Below are positions 1 through 9,482 of a stretch of 64,000 nucleotides of DNA, piece after piece. The notes below the pieces were generated by a model. The model was given only the letters and a program-made list of their open reading frames with translations. It did no database searches and was not told the origin of the DNA. The position numbers were made by a program, and so were the translations under genes. Position 1 is the stretch's first letter. Each line of letters begins with the position of its first letter. Origin of the DNA: Limisphaerales bacterium (GTDB taxonomy: Bacteria > Verrucomicrobiota > Verrucomicrobiia > Limisphaerales > UBA11358); assembly GCA_025362675.1 (NCBI GenBank), contig JANYFN010000054.1, positions 10,563 to 74,562 on the forward strand, read 5' to 3'.

Positions 1-84
1 GAATCGCGCCCGTTGTCCAAGCTTAAACGCTGGACGCTCGTAAAAGTAGTCGAGCGCGCAGTTGGTAAAGCAGTGACGGCCTAA
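1..84 (+). CDS. rpsQ: 30S ribosomal protein S17, C-terminal fragment (gene starts upstream of the window)
   Basis: Frame 1 from the window edge reads [27 protein letters not shown], then TAA at 82-84. This matches the conserved S17 C-terminus (E. coli ..[21 protein letters not shown]). It lies directly 5' of rplN. It is absent from the ORF track because it has no start codon in the window. Confidence 0.85.
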   Translation, partial: ESRPLSKLKRWTLVKVVERAVGKAVTA

Positions 85-94
85 TATATTTTTT

Positions 95-460
95 ATGTTG
101 CAAGTTCGATCCAGTTTAGATGTCGCGGACAACACCGGTGCCAAGATTGCTTGGAATATCGGCGTGTTGGGTCGCAACCAAAGATACGCCGGTATTGGCG
201 ACGTCATTAAGGTTCACATTAAAGAAGCCGCGCCGGATGGCACGGTTAAAAAGGGTGAAGTCCATGATGCTGTAGTGGTTCGCACACGCCATATCACTCG
301 CCGTTCGGATGGATCATATTTGCGCTTTGAGAGCAACGCTTGCGTCATCATTGACAAGGAATTGAATCCCAAAGGCACGCGTATTTTCGGCCCGGTCGCG
401 CGGGAATTGCGTGAAAAAAAGTTCATGAAAATCATTTCGCTCGCGCCGGAAGTCATTTGA
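95..460 (+). CDS. rplN: 50S ribosomal protein L14
   Basis: 121-aa [48 protein letters not shown] is collinear with bacterial L14. Operon position fits. Confidence 0.97.
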   Translation: MLQVRSSLDVADNTGAKIAWNIGVLGRNQRYAGIGDVIKVHIKEAAPDGTVKKGEVHDAVVVRTRHITRRSDGSYLRFESNACVIIDKELNPKGTRIFGPVARELREKKFMKIISLAPEVI

Positions 461-465
461 AGGTT

Positions 466-705
466 ATGTCAAAATTTCATGTCAAAAAAGGTGATCAAGT
501 CACCGTCATTTCGGGAAAAGAAAAAGGCAAGAGCGGAAAAATTATTCACGTGATGACCGAAAAGTCGCGCGTGGTCATTGAAGGTTTGCAGATGGTGAAG
601 AAGCACACCAAGAAAAACCAGCAGAACCCCAATGGCGCGATTATTGAGCGCGAAGGTTCGATTCACATCTCAAATGTGAAAAAAGCGGAAGCCGCTGCCG
701 TCTAA
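466..705 (+). CDS. rplX: 50S ribosomal protein L24
   Basis: ORF frame 457-705. The ATG at 466 (MSKFHVKKGDQVTVISGKEKGKSGKI.., KOW motif) is preceded by GAAGG. The TTG at 457 used by the track is an alternative start. Confidence 0.93.
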   Translation: MSKFHVKKGDQVTVISGKEKGKSGKIIHVMTEKSRVVIEGLQMVKKHTKKNQQNPNGAIIEREGSIHISNVKKAEAAAV

Positions 706-738
706 ATTTTTTCACGGCCCAATCCGTGAGTTGAAACA

Positions 739-1281
739 ATGAAAGCCAGACTTTATACAAAATATAACGACGAAGTAGTGCCGGCGCTCAAGGCGAAGCA
801 CAACTACACGAACGTCCATCAAATTCCCAAGTTCGTTAAAATCGTCGTCAACATGGGCATCAACGCCTCTTTGGAAAAGGGCGCTCTCGAAGATGCCTCC
901 AAAGATTTGATGCAGATCACTGGTCGCAAGCCCGTCGTCAGCAAATCGAAGAAAGATGTCGCCAACTTCAAGCTCCGCAAAAACCAAGCGATTGGTTGCC
1001 GCGTGACGCTTCGCCAAGACGCGATGTATGAATTTTTCGACCGTCTCGTCGCCTCTGCGCTGCCGCGTGTGCGCGACTTCCGTGGTTTGTCGCCGCGCAA
1101 ATTTGATGGTCGCGGTAACTACACTTTCGGCGTGGCGGATCAGACTATTTTCCCCGAAATCGAAATGGACAAGATCAAGCGCACGCAGGGCATGGACATC
1201 ACGATTGTGACGACCGCGCCGACCGATGCCGAGGCGCATGACCTGATCAAGCTGATGGGTTTTCCGTTTGCAGAAAAATAA
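739..1281 (+). CDS. rplE: 50S ribosomal protein L5
   Basis: 180 aa. The ..IPKFVKIVVNMGI.. and ..GNYTFGVADQTIFPEI.. patterns are typical of L5. Canonical position after rplX. Confidence 0.96.
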   Translation: MKARLYTKYNDEVVPALKAKHNYTNVHQIPKFVKIVVNMGINASLEKGALEDASKDLMQITGRKPVVSKSKKDVANFKLRKNQAIGCRVTLRQDAMYEFFDRLVASALPRVRDFRGLSPRKFDGRGNYTFGVADQTIFPEIEMDKIKRTQGMDITIVTTAPTDAEAHDLIKLMGFPFAEK

Positions 1282-1289
1282 TTTTTCAT

Positions 1290-1559
1290 ATGGCTAAGAA
1301 ATCCTGGATTGAGCGTAATAATCGAAAAAAAGAAACGGTGAAGAAATTCGCTGCCATCCGCGCCGAATTAAAAGCGAAGCGCGACTACGCCGGCTTGGCG
1401 AAGTTGCCGCGCAATGCCAGCCCGACGCGCGTGGTGAACCGCTGCGCGATGAGCGGCCGCCGCCGTGGTTTCTGGCGCAAGTTTGGTGTGTCTCGTCTGA
1501 CGTTCCGCGAAGCGGCCTTGAATGGTTTGATTCCCGGGGTAACCAAGTCCAGTTGGTAA
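1290..1559 (+). CDS. rpsN: 30S ribosomal protein S14 (long, non-zinc form)
   Basis: 89 aa. The C-terminus NRCAMSGRRRGFWRKFGVSRLTFREAALNGLIPGVTKSSW is the S14 signature. Position between rplE and rpsH. Confidence 0.95.
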   Translation: MAKKSWIERNNRKKETVKKFAAIRAELKAKRDYAGLAKLPRNASPTRVVNRCAMSGRRRGFWRKFGVSRLTFREAALNGLIPGVTKSSW

Positions 1560-1635
1560 AAATTTGATTCGTGCTGGCTGTCGGTTCCACACTGTTGTTG
1601 GTGCCGAAACGCAGGACGAGAGTTAAAAAGTAAAT

Positions 1636-2022
1636 ATGAGCGATCCGATTTCAGATATGTTGACGCGCATCCGCAATGCGGGTGCCGCGCAGTTGCCGCT
1701 GGTGAAACTGCCGCACTCCCGCATCAAGGAAAGTGCTGCGAAAATTTTGCAGAGTTCCGGATTTGTGACCGATGTTTCGGTAGCGGGCGATAAGAAAAAG
1801 GAAATTAGCATCCGCTTGAAATTTGACGGCAAGAAGAGTGTGATCGAAGGCTTGAAGCGCGTCAGCAAACCCGGTTTACGCCGGTTTGTTGGTTCGACAG
1901 AAATCCCCCGCGTGCGGGGTGGCTTGGGTGTCGCGGTGTTGTCCACCTCGGAAGGTTTGATGACGGACGCGCAGGCTCGTAAAAAAAATCTCGGCGGCGA
2001 ACTTTTGTTCTTCGTCTGGTAA
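1636..2022 (+). CDS. rpsH: 30S ribosomal protein S8
   Basis: 128 aa. The MSDPISDMLTRIRNA.. N-terminus and ..GGELLFFVW C-terminus are typical of S8. Confidence 0.96.
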   Translation: MSDPISDMLTRIRNAGAAQLPLVKLPHSRIKESAAKILQSSGFVTDVSVAGDKKKEISIRLKFDGKKSVIEGLKRVSKPGLRRFVGSTEIPRVRGGLGVAVLSTSEGLMTDAQARKKNLGGELLFFVW

Positions 2023-2034
2023 AAAATTTAAGTT

Positions 2035-2571
2035 ATGTCGCGTATTGGAAAACAACCGATTACCGTTCCGCCTCAAGTGAAGGTGGAAATTAAGGGCCAA
2101 AAAATCTCTGTCGAAGGACCGAAAGGTAAGCTTGCTTGGGAATTGCCCAAGCGCACTAGCCTCAAGGTGGATAGCGGCAAGATAGTGGTCAGTCGCGATG
2201 GTGATGATGCCCAATCTAAAGCCTTACACGGCCTAAGTCGCTCGCTCGTCAATAACATGGTCAAGGGCGTCGCTGAAGGCTACGTCAAGAAACTGGAAAT
2301 TCAGGGCGTCGGTTTCAAGGCCGCCGTCACGGGTAAGATTGTGAATCTCGCCCTTGGTTTTTCGCACCCGATTAATTACACCATTCCTGATCAGATCAAA
2401 GTGACGGTTGAGGAAAACACCAAAGTAACGATTGAAGGGCCAGACAAGATGTTAGTTGGTAAAGTGGCTTCTGAAATCCGCGCCTACTATCCGCCTGAAC
2501 CTTACAAAGGCAAGGGTGTGCGTTACGCGGGCGAACACGTCCAGCGCAAGGAAGGTAAGACCGTCCAATAA
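2035..2571 (+). CDS. rplF: 50S ribosomal protein L6
   Basis: 178 aa. MSRIGKQPITVP..VKV.. and ..YKGKGVRYAGEHVQRKEGK are L6 signatures. Confidence 0.96.
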   Translation: MSRIGKQPITVPPQVKVEIKGQKISVEGPKGKLAWELPKRTSLKVDSGKIVVSRDGDDAQSKALHGLSRSLVNNMVKGVAEGYVKKLEIQGVGFKAAVTGKIVNLALGFSHPINYTIPDQIKVTVEENTKVTIEGPDKMLVGKVASEIRAYYPPEPYKGKGVRYAGEHVQRKEGKTVQ

Positions 2572-2608
2572 CAATTTTGTTCACGGCTTAATCCGTGGAC
2601 TTACTCAC

Positions 2609-2974
2609 ATGAGAACAGAAAAAAAAGAAAAATTAAAACAGCTCCGCCGCTGGCGCATCCGTAAGAAAGTCAATGGCACCACCTTGCGTCCACGCATGAG
2701 CGTCTGCTTCTCGAACGAGAATATTCACGTTCAGTTCATTGATGATGAGGCGGGCAAAACGATTGTTGCGACTTCTACTTTGAGCAAGACTGTTCCGAAC
2801 CGCGAAAAGCTTGCGGCAAATGTGACCAGTGCCAAGACGATTGGTGCTCTCGCTGCGAAAATCGCGCAGGAAAAAGGTATTAAGGCCGTGGTGTTTGATC
2901 GCGGCGGTATTCGTTATCACGGCAAAATCAAAGCGCTGGCGGATGCCGCGCGTGAAGCCGGATTACAATTTTAA
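2609..2974 (+). CDS. rplR: 50S ribosomal protein L18
   Basis: The track ORF 2456-2974 overlaps the rplF 3' end. The in-frame ATG at 2609 gives a 121-aa L18 (..RPRMSVCFSNENIHVQFIDD..VFDRGGIRYHGKIKALADAAREAGLQF). Confidence 0.93.
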   Translation: MRTEKKEKLKQLRRWRIRKKVNGTTLRPRMSVCFSNENIHVQFIDDEAGKTIVATSTLSKTVPNREKLAANVTSAKTIGALAAKIAQEKGIKAVVFDRGGIRYHGKIKALADAAREAGLQF

Positions 2975-2994
2975 CCTGAACCGGAGAATTTAAC

Positions 2995-3684
2995 GTGGCT
3001 GAAAACGAAAACATTGTTGGTGGTCAAGCGCAACCGGCGGCAACGCCCGCACCGCAGTCTGCCCCTCCGCAACGCGAATATCGCGGCGGTGGTGGTCAAC
3101 GCGGTGGTCAAGGTGGCCGTGGCGGTGGCCGTGGTCGTCGTCCGGATGTCGGCGAGAACGCTTTTGAAAAAGGTGGCGAAGAGATTGTTGAAAAAGTTGT
3201 TTTCATCAATCGTTCTTCTAAGGTTGTCAAAGGTGGACGGCGCTTTAAGTTCAGCGCTCTCGTTGTGGTGGGCGATAAGAATGGCAAAGTTGGGATGGCC
3301 CTTGGTAAAGCAACGGAAGTGGCGGATGCCATCAAGCGTGGTGGTGAACAGGCGCGCAGCAAGATGCAGGCTGTTTCCTTGCAAGACGTAACCATTCCGC
3401 ATGAGGTTTATTCCACTTTTGGCGGTGCAAAAATCTTGTTGCGCCCAGCCTCTCCTGGAACCGGCATCATCGCTGGTAAGGTGGTTCGGTCAGTTTTGGA
3501 ATCTGCCGGTGTGAAAGATATTTTGACCAAATCACTTGGCTCTAAAAATGCCGCGAATGTGGTGAAGGCGACACTTAACGGATTGTTGAGCCTCCGCACT
3601 CGTGAGCAGATTTATAAAAGTCGCGGTTTGGAATTCCGAAAAGTAATTACTCCGAAAGCCCCGGAACCTGTGGCTGCTATTTAA
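2995..3684 (+). CDS. rpsE: 30S ribosomal protein S5 with an N-terminal RGG-rich extension
   Basis: 229 aa with a GTG start. The conserved core is ..[35 protein letters not shown]... About 55 extra low-complexity residues precede the core. Confidence 0.95.
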   Translation: MAENENIVGGQAQPAATPAPQSAPPQREYRGGGGQRGGQGGRGGGRGRRPDVGENAFEKGGEEIVEKVVFINRSSKVVKGGRRFKFSALVVVGDKNGKVGMALGKATEVADAIKRGGEQARSKMQAVSLQDVTIPHEVYSTFGGAKILLRPASPGTGIIAGKVVRSVLESAGVKDILTKSLGSKNAANVVKATLNGLLSLRTREQIYKSRGLEFRKVITPKAPEPVAAI

Positions 3685-3689
3685 TTTTT

Positions 3690-4202
3690 ATGCGTCTGCA
3701 CAATCTTCAACCTCGTCCCGGATCCAAGCACCGTCGCAAGCGCCTTGGTCAGGGTGAATCCAGTGGACGCGGCAAAACTGCTGGTCGCGGCGGCAAAGGC
3801 CAGACCGCGCGCTCCGGTAGTTCCATCCGCATTGGTTTTGAGGGCGGTCAAATGCCTCTCATGCGCCGCATACCGAAACGCGGATTTAACAATACTGCTT
3901 TCGAAACCCGTTACATTGCTGTCAATGTCGGTAGTTTGAATGAATTTGAAAATGGTGCCCGTGTCGATGAGACGGCGCTCAAAGCGGTCGGTCTTGCCAA
4001 TGGGCCTGGCGACGGCATCAAAATTCTTGCGACGGGTGAACTAACCAAAAAAATCACTTTGATTGTTAGTGCGTGCAGCGCATCGGCAAAAGCAAAAGTT
4101 GAGGCCAAAGGCGGCACGGTGGAAATCATCGTCAAGAAAACCGCAAAGCCCAAAGTTCCCGGCAAAAAAGCGCCTAAGTTTTCCGCGCCTGCCAAAGCAT
4201 AA
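3690..4202 (+). CDS. rplO: 50S ribosomal protein L15
   Basis: 170 aa. MRLHNLQPRPGSKHRRKRLGQGESSGRGKTAGRGGKGQTARSG.. is the typical L15 N-terminus. It follows rpsE directly, with no rpmD between them. Confidence 0.95.
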   Translation: MRLHNLQPRPGSKHRRKRLGQGESSGRGKTAGRGGKGQTARSGSSIRIGFEGGQMPLMRRIPKRGFNNTAFETRYIAVNVGSLNEFENGARVDETALKAVGLANGPGDGIKILATGELTKKITLIVSACSASAKAKVEAKGGTVEIIVKKTAKPKVPGKKAPKFSAPAKA

Positions 4203-4214
4203 TCTTGCTGACGA

Positions 4215-5612
4215 ATGTTTCGCAATATCGCCAGCACTTTAGGTAACTGCTTCAAAATTCCGGAGCTGAAGTCTAGAATCTTGTTCACGCTCGGACTTCT
4301 AGCGGTTGCACGTTTGCTGGCGGTTATTCGTATTCCTGGTTTGGATGGCGAGGCTCTGTCAAAATATTTTGCCAGTCAACAGCAAGGCAATGGTGGGTTG
4401 TTGGGCATGTATAATATGTTTGCCGGTGGGGCGTATGAACATTGCGCGATTGGCTCGTTGGGGATCATGCCTTACATCAGCGCAACTATTATCATTCAAT
4501 TGCTTACAGCTGTTGTTCCACGATTGAGCAAGCTGGTTCGGGAAGAAGGCGGTCGCACTCAGATTATTAAATACGGACGCTATCTCACAGTGCTGCTTTG
4601 TATCGGCCAAGGGATTTATTTTGCCGGCAGTTGGTTACACCCGCAACGCGGTGGCGTTTTGGCTGGTTTGCAGCAGTCGTTGGTTGTGACAGACAACCAC
4701 TTTATTTACTATTTCGTCACAGTTACAGTCATGACCGCTGGCACAATGTTGCTAATGTGGTTAGGGGAACAAATAACCGAGCGCGGTATCGGTAATGGTG
4801 TTTCGCTCATTATTACGATTGGAATTTTGGCCCGATTGCCAAACGCGCTGAACGCGTTGTTGAACATGTTTTCTGCTGGTGCCAGTGGTGAAGCCACTCA
4901 TAAATGGCAGGGAACCGGTATTTTGCTGTTGGTTTTGATAGTCGCAGCCGTTGGAGGAGTTATCGCAATTACCCAGGCACAACGAAAAATTCCCGTCCAA
5001 TACGCACAGCGTGCCGTAGGTCGCAAAATGTATGCGGGTGGCTCTTCTTTCATGCCGTTGCGTGTGAATTACGCTGGGGTGATGCCGATTATTTTTGCTT
5101 CCTCGATTTTAATGTTTCCAGAAACAATCTTGCGCTGGCTCGCTCAAAGTGGGCCGATGTTTTTACGCGATACGGCTCAATGGTTTAGTGTCCAAATGGG
5201 ATATGGATCTTGGATGTATATGACCATTTACGCATTGATGATTTTGTTTTTCTCTTATTTTTGGGTGGCGACCCAATTTAATGAAATTCAGATTGCGGAC
5301 GATTTGAAGAAAAACGGTGGCTACATTCCCGGTGTTCGTCCCGGCCAAGGCACAAGTGATTATCTGCACCATGCCATGAGTCGGATTACACTAGCTGGTG
5401 CCATTTTCCTTACGATTATTGCGACTATTCCGATTCTACTTTCTAAAAAGTTAGATATTCCGCAAGACGTAGCCCAATTTTTCGGCGGGACGAGTATGTT
5501 GATTGCGGTCGGTGTTTTGTTGGATACGATGCGCCAGATTGAATCGCACTTGATGATGCGCCATTACGATGGCTTTCTCAAAAAAGGCAAGATTCGGGGC
5601 CGCTTCAATTGA
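4215..5612 (+). CDS. secY: Preprotein translocase subunit SecY
   Basis: 465-aa polytopic membrane protein. It has ..LGIMPYISATIIIQLL.. and ..GGYIPGVRPG..T..YL.. SecY motifs. Canonical position after rplO. Confidence 0.96.
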   Translation: MFRNIASTLGNCFKIPELKSRILFTLGLLAVARLLAVIRIPGLDGEALSKYFASQQQGNGGLLGMYNMFAGGAYEHCAIGSLGIMPYISATIIIQLLTAVVPRLSKLVREEGGRTQIIKYGRYLTVLLCIGQGIYFAGSWLHPQRGGVLAGLQQSLVVTDNHFIYYFVTVTVMTAGTMLLMWLGEQITERGIGNGVSLIITIGILARLPNALNALLNMFSAGASGEATHKWQGTGILLLVLIVAAVGGVIAITQAQRKIPVQYAQRAVGRKMYAGGSSFMPLRVNYAGVMPIIFASSILMFPETILRWLAQSGPMFLRDTAQWFSVQMGYGSWMYMTIYALMILFFSYFWVATQFNEIQIADDLKKNGGYIPGVRPGQGTSDYLHHAMSRITLAGAIFLTIIATIPILLSKKLDIPQDVAQFFGGTSMLIAVGVLLDTMRQIESHLMMRHYDGFLKKGKIRGRFN

Positions 5613-5615
5613 GTT

Positions 5616-6398
5616 GTGGCTGGGATCAAGCTCAAGAGTGCGGATGATTTGTTGTTAATGCGTCCAGCTTGTTTGGTAGCGGGGACGGTTTTGGATGAGA
5701 TAGCCAATTTTATCCGGCCTGGCATAACGACACGTCAGATTGATAATTTTGCAGCGGAACGGATCAAGGCGCACGGAGCCAAGAGCGCGTTTTTGGGTTA
5801 CCGAAAATATCCGTGTTACACCTGTCTGTCGGTGAACGAAGAGGTCGTTCACGGATTGGCGACGGAACGCGAATTAAAATTTGGCGATATCGTGAGTGTC
5901 GATGTCGGCGTGACCTATAAAAGTTTTATCGGCGACACGGCCCGGACGGTATCCGTTGGCGGATGCAGCGTAAAAGCGCAGCGCCTGTTGGATGTTACGG
6001 AACAGTCGCTGTATATGGGAATCGCGCAGGCTAAACCGGGTAACCGTGTTTTGGATATTTCGCTGGCTGTTCAGCGCTATGTGGAAGCGAACGGTTTTAG
6101 TGTGGTGCGTGAATTTGTTGGACACGGTGTTGGGCGCACGGTGCATGAAGATCCGCAGGTTCCAAATTTTGACGAGGGCCATAAGAACTCGCCGAAATTA
6201 AAGCCGGGGATGACCATAGCCATTGAGCCGATGGTGAACGCAGGCCGGATGGAAGTAAAAATTTTGAAAGACGGCTGGACAGTGGTGACGCAAGATGGTT
6301 CACTATCTGCCCATTTTGAACATACCGTTCTAATTACTGACGGTGAGCCTGAGATAATGACATGGGTGAAAAAGCCTTCCTCGTTGAAGGTCGCGTGA
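5616..6398 (+). CDS. map: Methionine aminopeptidase, type I
   Basis: 260 aa with a GTG start. Metal-ligand context is present: VSVDVGV..IGDTART, ..GHGVGR..HE, ..IAIEPM.., ..AHFEHTV... It follows secY directly, with no adk. Confidence 0.93.
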   Translation: MAGIKLKSADDLLLMRPACLVAGTVLDEIANFIRPGITTRQIDNFAAERIKAHGAKSAFLGYRKYPCYTCLSVNEEVVHGLATERELKFGDIVSVDVGVTYKSFIGDTARTVSVGGCSVKAQRLLDVTEQSLYMGIAQAKPGNRVLDISLAVQRYVEANGFSVVREFVGHGVGRTVHEDPQVPNFDEGHKNSPKLKPGMTIAIEPMVNAGRMEVKILKDGWTVVTQDGSLSAHFEHTVLITDGEPEIMTWVKKPSSLKVA

Positions 6399-6586
6399 TT
6401 CAGGCGTTGCCAAATGGCACGTTTCTCACCGAGTTGTCCAATGGGCATCGCTTGACTGCGTTTTTAACCGGTCGCGACCAAAAAAAATTTACCGGGAAGA
6501 TTACTTCCGGTGGCAAAGTAAAGTTGCAATTGACGTCCTACGACTTGAGCGTGGGACGCATTTTAGTCGAAACCAAAATAATTTAG
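6362..6586 (+). CDS. infA: Translation initiation factor IF-1 (divergent)
   Basis: 74 aa. MGEKAFLVEGRVIQALPNGTFLTELSNGHRLTAF..KVKLQLTSYDLSVGRIL aligns with the IF-1 S1-fold (E. coli ..[43 protein letters not shown]). The 5' end overlaps map by 37 nt. Confidence 0.85.
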   Translation: MGEKAFLVEGRVIQALPNGTFLTELSNGHRLTAFLTGRDQKKFTGKITSGGKVKLQLTSYDLSVGRILVETKII

Positions 6587-6589
6587 AAA

Positions 6590-6703
6590 ATGAAAGTCCG
6601 AGCGTCAGTAAAAAAAATGTGTGAGCACTGCAAAATCGTGAAGCGCCGCGGTGTGATCCGCGTGATCTGCACGAACAAACGTCACAAGCAACGTCAAGGT
6701 TAA
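6590..6703 (+). CDS. rpmJ: 50S ribosomal protein L36
   Basis: Hand-translated: [37 protein letters not shown], then TAA at 6701-6703. It is too short for the ORF track. Canonical infA-rpmJ-rpsM order. Confidence 0.95.
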   Translation: MKVRASVKKMCEHCKIVKRRGVIRVICTNKRHKQRQG

Positions 6704-6712
6704 TTAATATTT

Positions 6713-7108
6713 ATGGCACGCATCATTGGTATTGAAGTTCCGCCGAACAAGCGCATTGATATAGCTCTGCGTTACATCTATGGCATCGGGCCGGTCAACG
6801 CCATCGAGATTCTCGAACGCGCAAATATTGACCGCTCCGTCCGCGCCAAGGACTTAACCGAAGCACAACTCTCGCAGATTGTGCACGCGATTCAGGAAGG
6901 CAAGTATGTGATCGAAGGCGATCTTCGCCGCGAACTCGGTATGAACTTGAAACGCTTGCAAGGTATTCGTTGCTACCGTGGTGTTCGCCACCAGCGCAGC
7001 TTGCCTGTCCGCGGTCAACGCACCCAGACCAATGCCCGCACTCGCAAGGGTCCGCGTAAAACGGTCGGTGTGCAACGTAACCCGAGTGCCAAAGCCGGCA
7101 TCCACTGA
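6713..7108 (+). CDS. rpsM: 30S ribosomal protein S13
   Basis: 131 aa. [26 protein letters not shown].. is the canonical S13 N-terminus. Confidence 0.96.
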   Translation: MARIIGIEVPPNKRIDIALRYIYGIGPVNAIEILERANIDRSVRAKDLTEAQLSQIVHAIQEGKYVIEGDLRRELGMNLKRLQGIRCYRGVRHQRSLPVRGQRTQTNARTRKGPRKTVGVQRNPSAKAGIH

Positions 7109-7151
7109 TTTATTTCAAATTAACATTTGAAATTGGAAATTGAATAACGCT

Positions 7152-7724
7152 ATGTCCGAAGAAAAGAAAAAGCCCGCCGCTCCGAAAAAAGAAAAAGAAG
7201 TGAAGGCTCCAGTTGCCGCCGCTGATGGTGCTGCGCCTGCCGCCAAGCCGTCGAAGAAGGCTGCACCCGTGACCGAAGCACCCGCTGAGCCAGCGGCACT
7301 CGTAATTCCGACCGCCGCGGAGTTGCTCGGTGAAGACCCGAATGCCAAGAAAGTTGTCAAGGCCAAACATGCTAAGAACATCGCCTCTGGTATCGCCAAC
7401 ATTCTTGCTACTTTCAATAATACTCAGGTTTCGATCACTGACGCCCAAGGCAACATCATTGGTTGGTCGACGGCTGGACGCGTGGGCTTCAAGGGTTCTC
7501 GTAAGAGCACTGCCTATGCTGCGCAGATGGTAGCACAGGATGCAGCGCGTCAGGCAATGGCGCATGGCATGAAAGAAGTTGAGATCCGCGTCAAGGGTCC
7601 TGGCTCGGGCCGCGAATCCGCGATCCGCGCGTTGCAAGCTATCGGCTTGGAAATTTCCACAATCAAAGACGTGACGCCAGTTCCGCACAACGGCTGCCGT
7701 CCCCGCAAAAAACGCCGCGTTTAA
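7152..7724 (+). CDS. rpsK: 30S ribosomal protein S11 with an Ala/Pro/Lys-rich N-terminal extension
   Basis: The track ORF starts at TTG 7140; the ATG at 7152 (MSEEKKK..) is more likely. The conserved core ..[36 protein letters not shown] begins after about 60 extra residues. Confidence 0.93.
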   Translation: MSEEKKKPAAPKKEKEVKAPVAAADGAAPAAKPSKKAAPVTEAPAEPAALVIPTAAELLGEDPNAKKVVKAKHAKNIASGIANILATFNNTQVSITDAQGNIIGWSTAGRVGFKGSRKSTAYAAQMVAQDAARQAMAHGMKEVEIRVKGPGSGRESAIRALQAIGLEISTIKDVTPVPHNGCRPRKKRRV

Positions 7725-7759
7725 TTCAACACGCATCACTCCTCACGTAATATAATTTT

Positions 7760-8368
7760 ATGGCTCGTTATACAGGTCCCCGCGTCCGCATCAGCCGCCG
7801 TTTCGGAATTCCGATTTTCGGCCCGACAAAATATTTGGAACGCCGCAACTACGGTCCCGGCGTTCACGGTCCGAAGTCCCGCCGCAAAACCACCGAATAC
7901 GGCGCGGGTTTGATCGAGAAGCAGAAGATGCGCTATTACTACGGTCTGATGGAGAAGCAGTTTCGCGGCGTCTATGAAAAGGCAAAGAACCGCCGTGGCG
8001 TCACGGGCGAAACCATGCTTCAAATCTTGGAGACGCGTTTGGACAACGTCGTATTTCATCTCGGCTTTGGCACCACGCGCGCCGCTGCTCGCCAGTTCGT
8101 GAACCACGGACACATTTTGGTCAATGGCCGCAAGGCTGCCATCGCTTCTTACGCTTTGAAGGTGAATGACGTCATCAGCGTTAAGAATCACAACGTGTCA
8201 CGCCAGCTTGCGACGAAGAATCTTGAGATTTCCGCTAGCCGCGCTGTGCCGGATTGGTTGTCTTTGAACAAAGAAGAATTCAAGGGCACGATCATGCGTA
8301 TTCCGACTCGCGCTGAGATTCAGCCGATTTCGAATGAGCAGGCTATTGTTGAATTTTATTCCCGTTAA
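7760..8368 (+). CDS. rpsD: 30S ribosomal protein S4
   Basis: 202 aa. MARYTGPRVRISRRFG.. and the S4 RNA-binding domain ..RLDNVVFHLGF..TR..ARQFVNHGHILVNG... Confidence 0.96.
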   Translation: MARYTGPRVRISRRFGIPIFGPTKYLERRNYGPGVHGPKSRRKTTEYGAGLIEKQKMRYYYGLMEKQFRGVYEKAKNRRGVTGETMLQILETRLDNVVFHLGFGTTRAAARQFVNHGHILVNGRKAAIASYALKVNDVISVKNHNVSRQLATKNLEISASRAVPDWLSLNKEEFKGTIMRIPTRAEIQPISNEQAIVEFYSR

Positions 8369-8459
8369 CCGAAACTAAAAAACAATTATACGGGCCTCGC
8401 CGGCCGGGAATAAATTAAGTCGGCGAAGTCAGATTAAAATTGTTACAGAAAGAAAAAAT

Positions 8460-9473
8460 ATGCCAGTTCGTCTTGGACGTTTTGAAATGCCGAAACGGTT
8501 GCAGAAGGAAGAATCCTCCGCGACTGAAACTTACGCAAAGTTTGTAGCTGATCCGTTTGAAACCGGCTACGGCCACACTATCGGCAACTCGCTCCGCCGC
8601 GTGTTGCTCTCCTCGCTCGAAGGTGCAGCGATCACCTCGGTTAAAATCGATGGCGCGATGCATGAATTCGCCACGGTTGACGGGGTTGCCGAAGACGTGA
8701 CCGACATTGTTTTGAATTTGAAAAAGGTTAAATTCAAAGCCCACTCCCGTGATGAACAGGTTCTGTTGCTCTCGGTGAATAAAGAAGGAAACGTCACCGC
8801 TGCCGACATCCAGACCAACCAGAACATCGAGTTGGTGAATCCTACCCAGCATATTTGCACGCTGGACAAAAAGAAAAAATTTGAAATGGAGCTGACCGTG
8901 AAAATCGGTCGTGGCTTCTGCGCCAGTGACGAAAATAAGAAGTCCGGTCAGGCCATTGGAATTGTGGCGATTGATTCTATTTTCTCTCCCGTAACCCGTG
9001 TCCGTTACAATGTCGAAGCCGCCCGTGTCGGCAATCGCACTGACTACGATCGTTTAGTTTTGGAAGTCTGGACTGATGGACGTATCACGCCGGATGACGC
9101 GCTCACCCAGGCCTCCGCCATTCTGGCTCATCATCTCGACGTGTTTGTCGGTTACGACAAAAACCAGATCGAATTTGAAGAAGCGGCGGACAAGCAGGAC
9201 GACGAGAAGTCCAAGCTCAAGAAGTTGTTGAACATGAGCGTTAATGAAATTGAATTGAGCGTCCGCGCCGCGAATTGCTTGAATAATGCGAACATCACCA
9301 CCGTCGGTCAGCTCGCGCTGAAGTCCGAACAGGAGATGCTTAAGTATCGCAATTTCGGCAAAAAATCGCTGAACGAAATCAAAGACAAGCTCACTTCGCT
9401 CAATCTCTCGCTTGGCATGAATTTTGAGCCGGGCCTCGTCGAGGCGCCGAAGGAAGAAGCGAAAGCTGAATAA
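8460..9473 (+). CDS. rpoA: DNA-directed RNA polymerase subunit alpha
   Basis: 337 aa. The N-terminal domain has ..GYGHTIGNSLRRVLLSSLEGAAITSVKIDG... The C-terminal domain has ..ELSVRAANCLNNANITTVGQL..LKYRNFGKKSLNEI... Confidence 0.96.
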   Translation: MPVRLGRFEMPKRLQKEESSATETYAKFVADPFETGYGHTIGNSLRRVLLSSLEGAAITSVKIDGAMHEFATVDGVAEDVTDIVLNLKKVKFKAHSRDEQVLLLSVNKEGNVTAADIQTNQNIELVNPTQHICTLDKKKKFEMELTVKIGRGFCASDENKKSGQAIGIVAIDSIFSPVTRVRYNVEAARVGNRTDYDRLVLEVWTDGRITPDDALTQASAILAHHLDVFVGYDKNQIEFEEAADKQDDEKSKLKKLLNMSVNEIELSVRAANCLNNANITTVGQLALKSEQEMLKYRNFGKKSLNEIKDKLTSLNLSLGMNFEPGLVEAPKEEAKAE

Positions 9474-9482
9474 GGATTTACC

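Noticed and set aside
712-1239. 175-aa minus-strand ORF (and 819-1100) antisense to rplE
   Set aside because: It lies entirely within the strongly supported L5 gene on the opposite strand. Its Arg/His-rich composition is typical of a shadow ORF, and it shows no motif.
2456-2608. N-terminal extensions implied by the longest-ORF track entries (rplR from 2456, cutA from 13377, protease from 13430, queD from 15335, NlpC/P60 from 18703, beta-helix gene from 48214)
   Set aside because: The extensions overlap upstream genes or repeat elements. They lack homology to the respective families. Internal starts give canonical N-termini or signal peptides.
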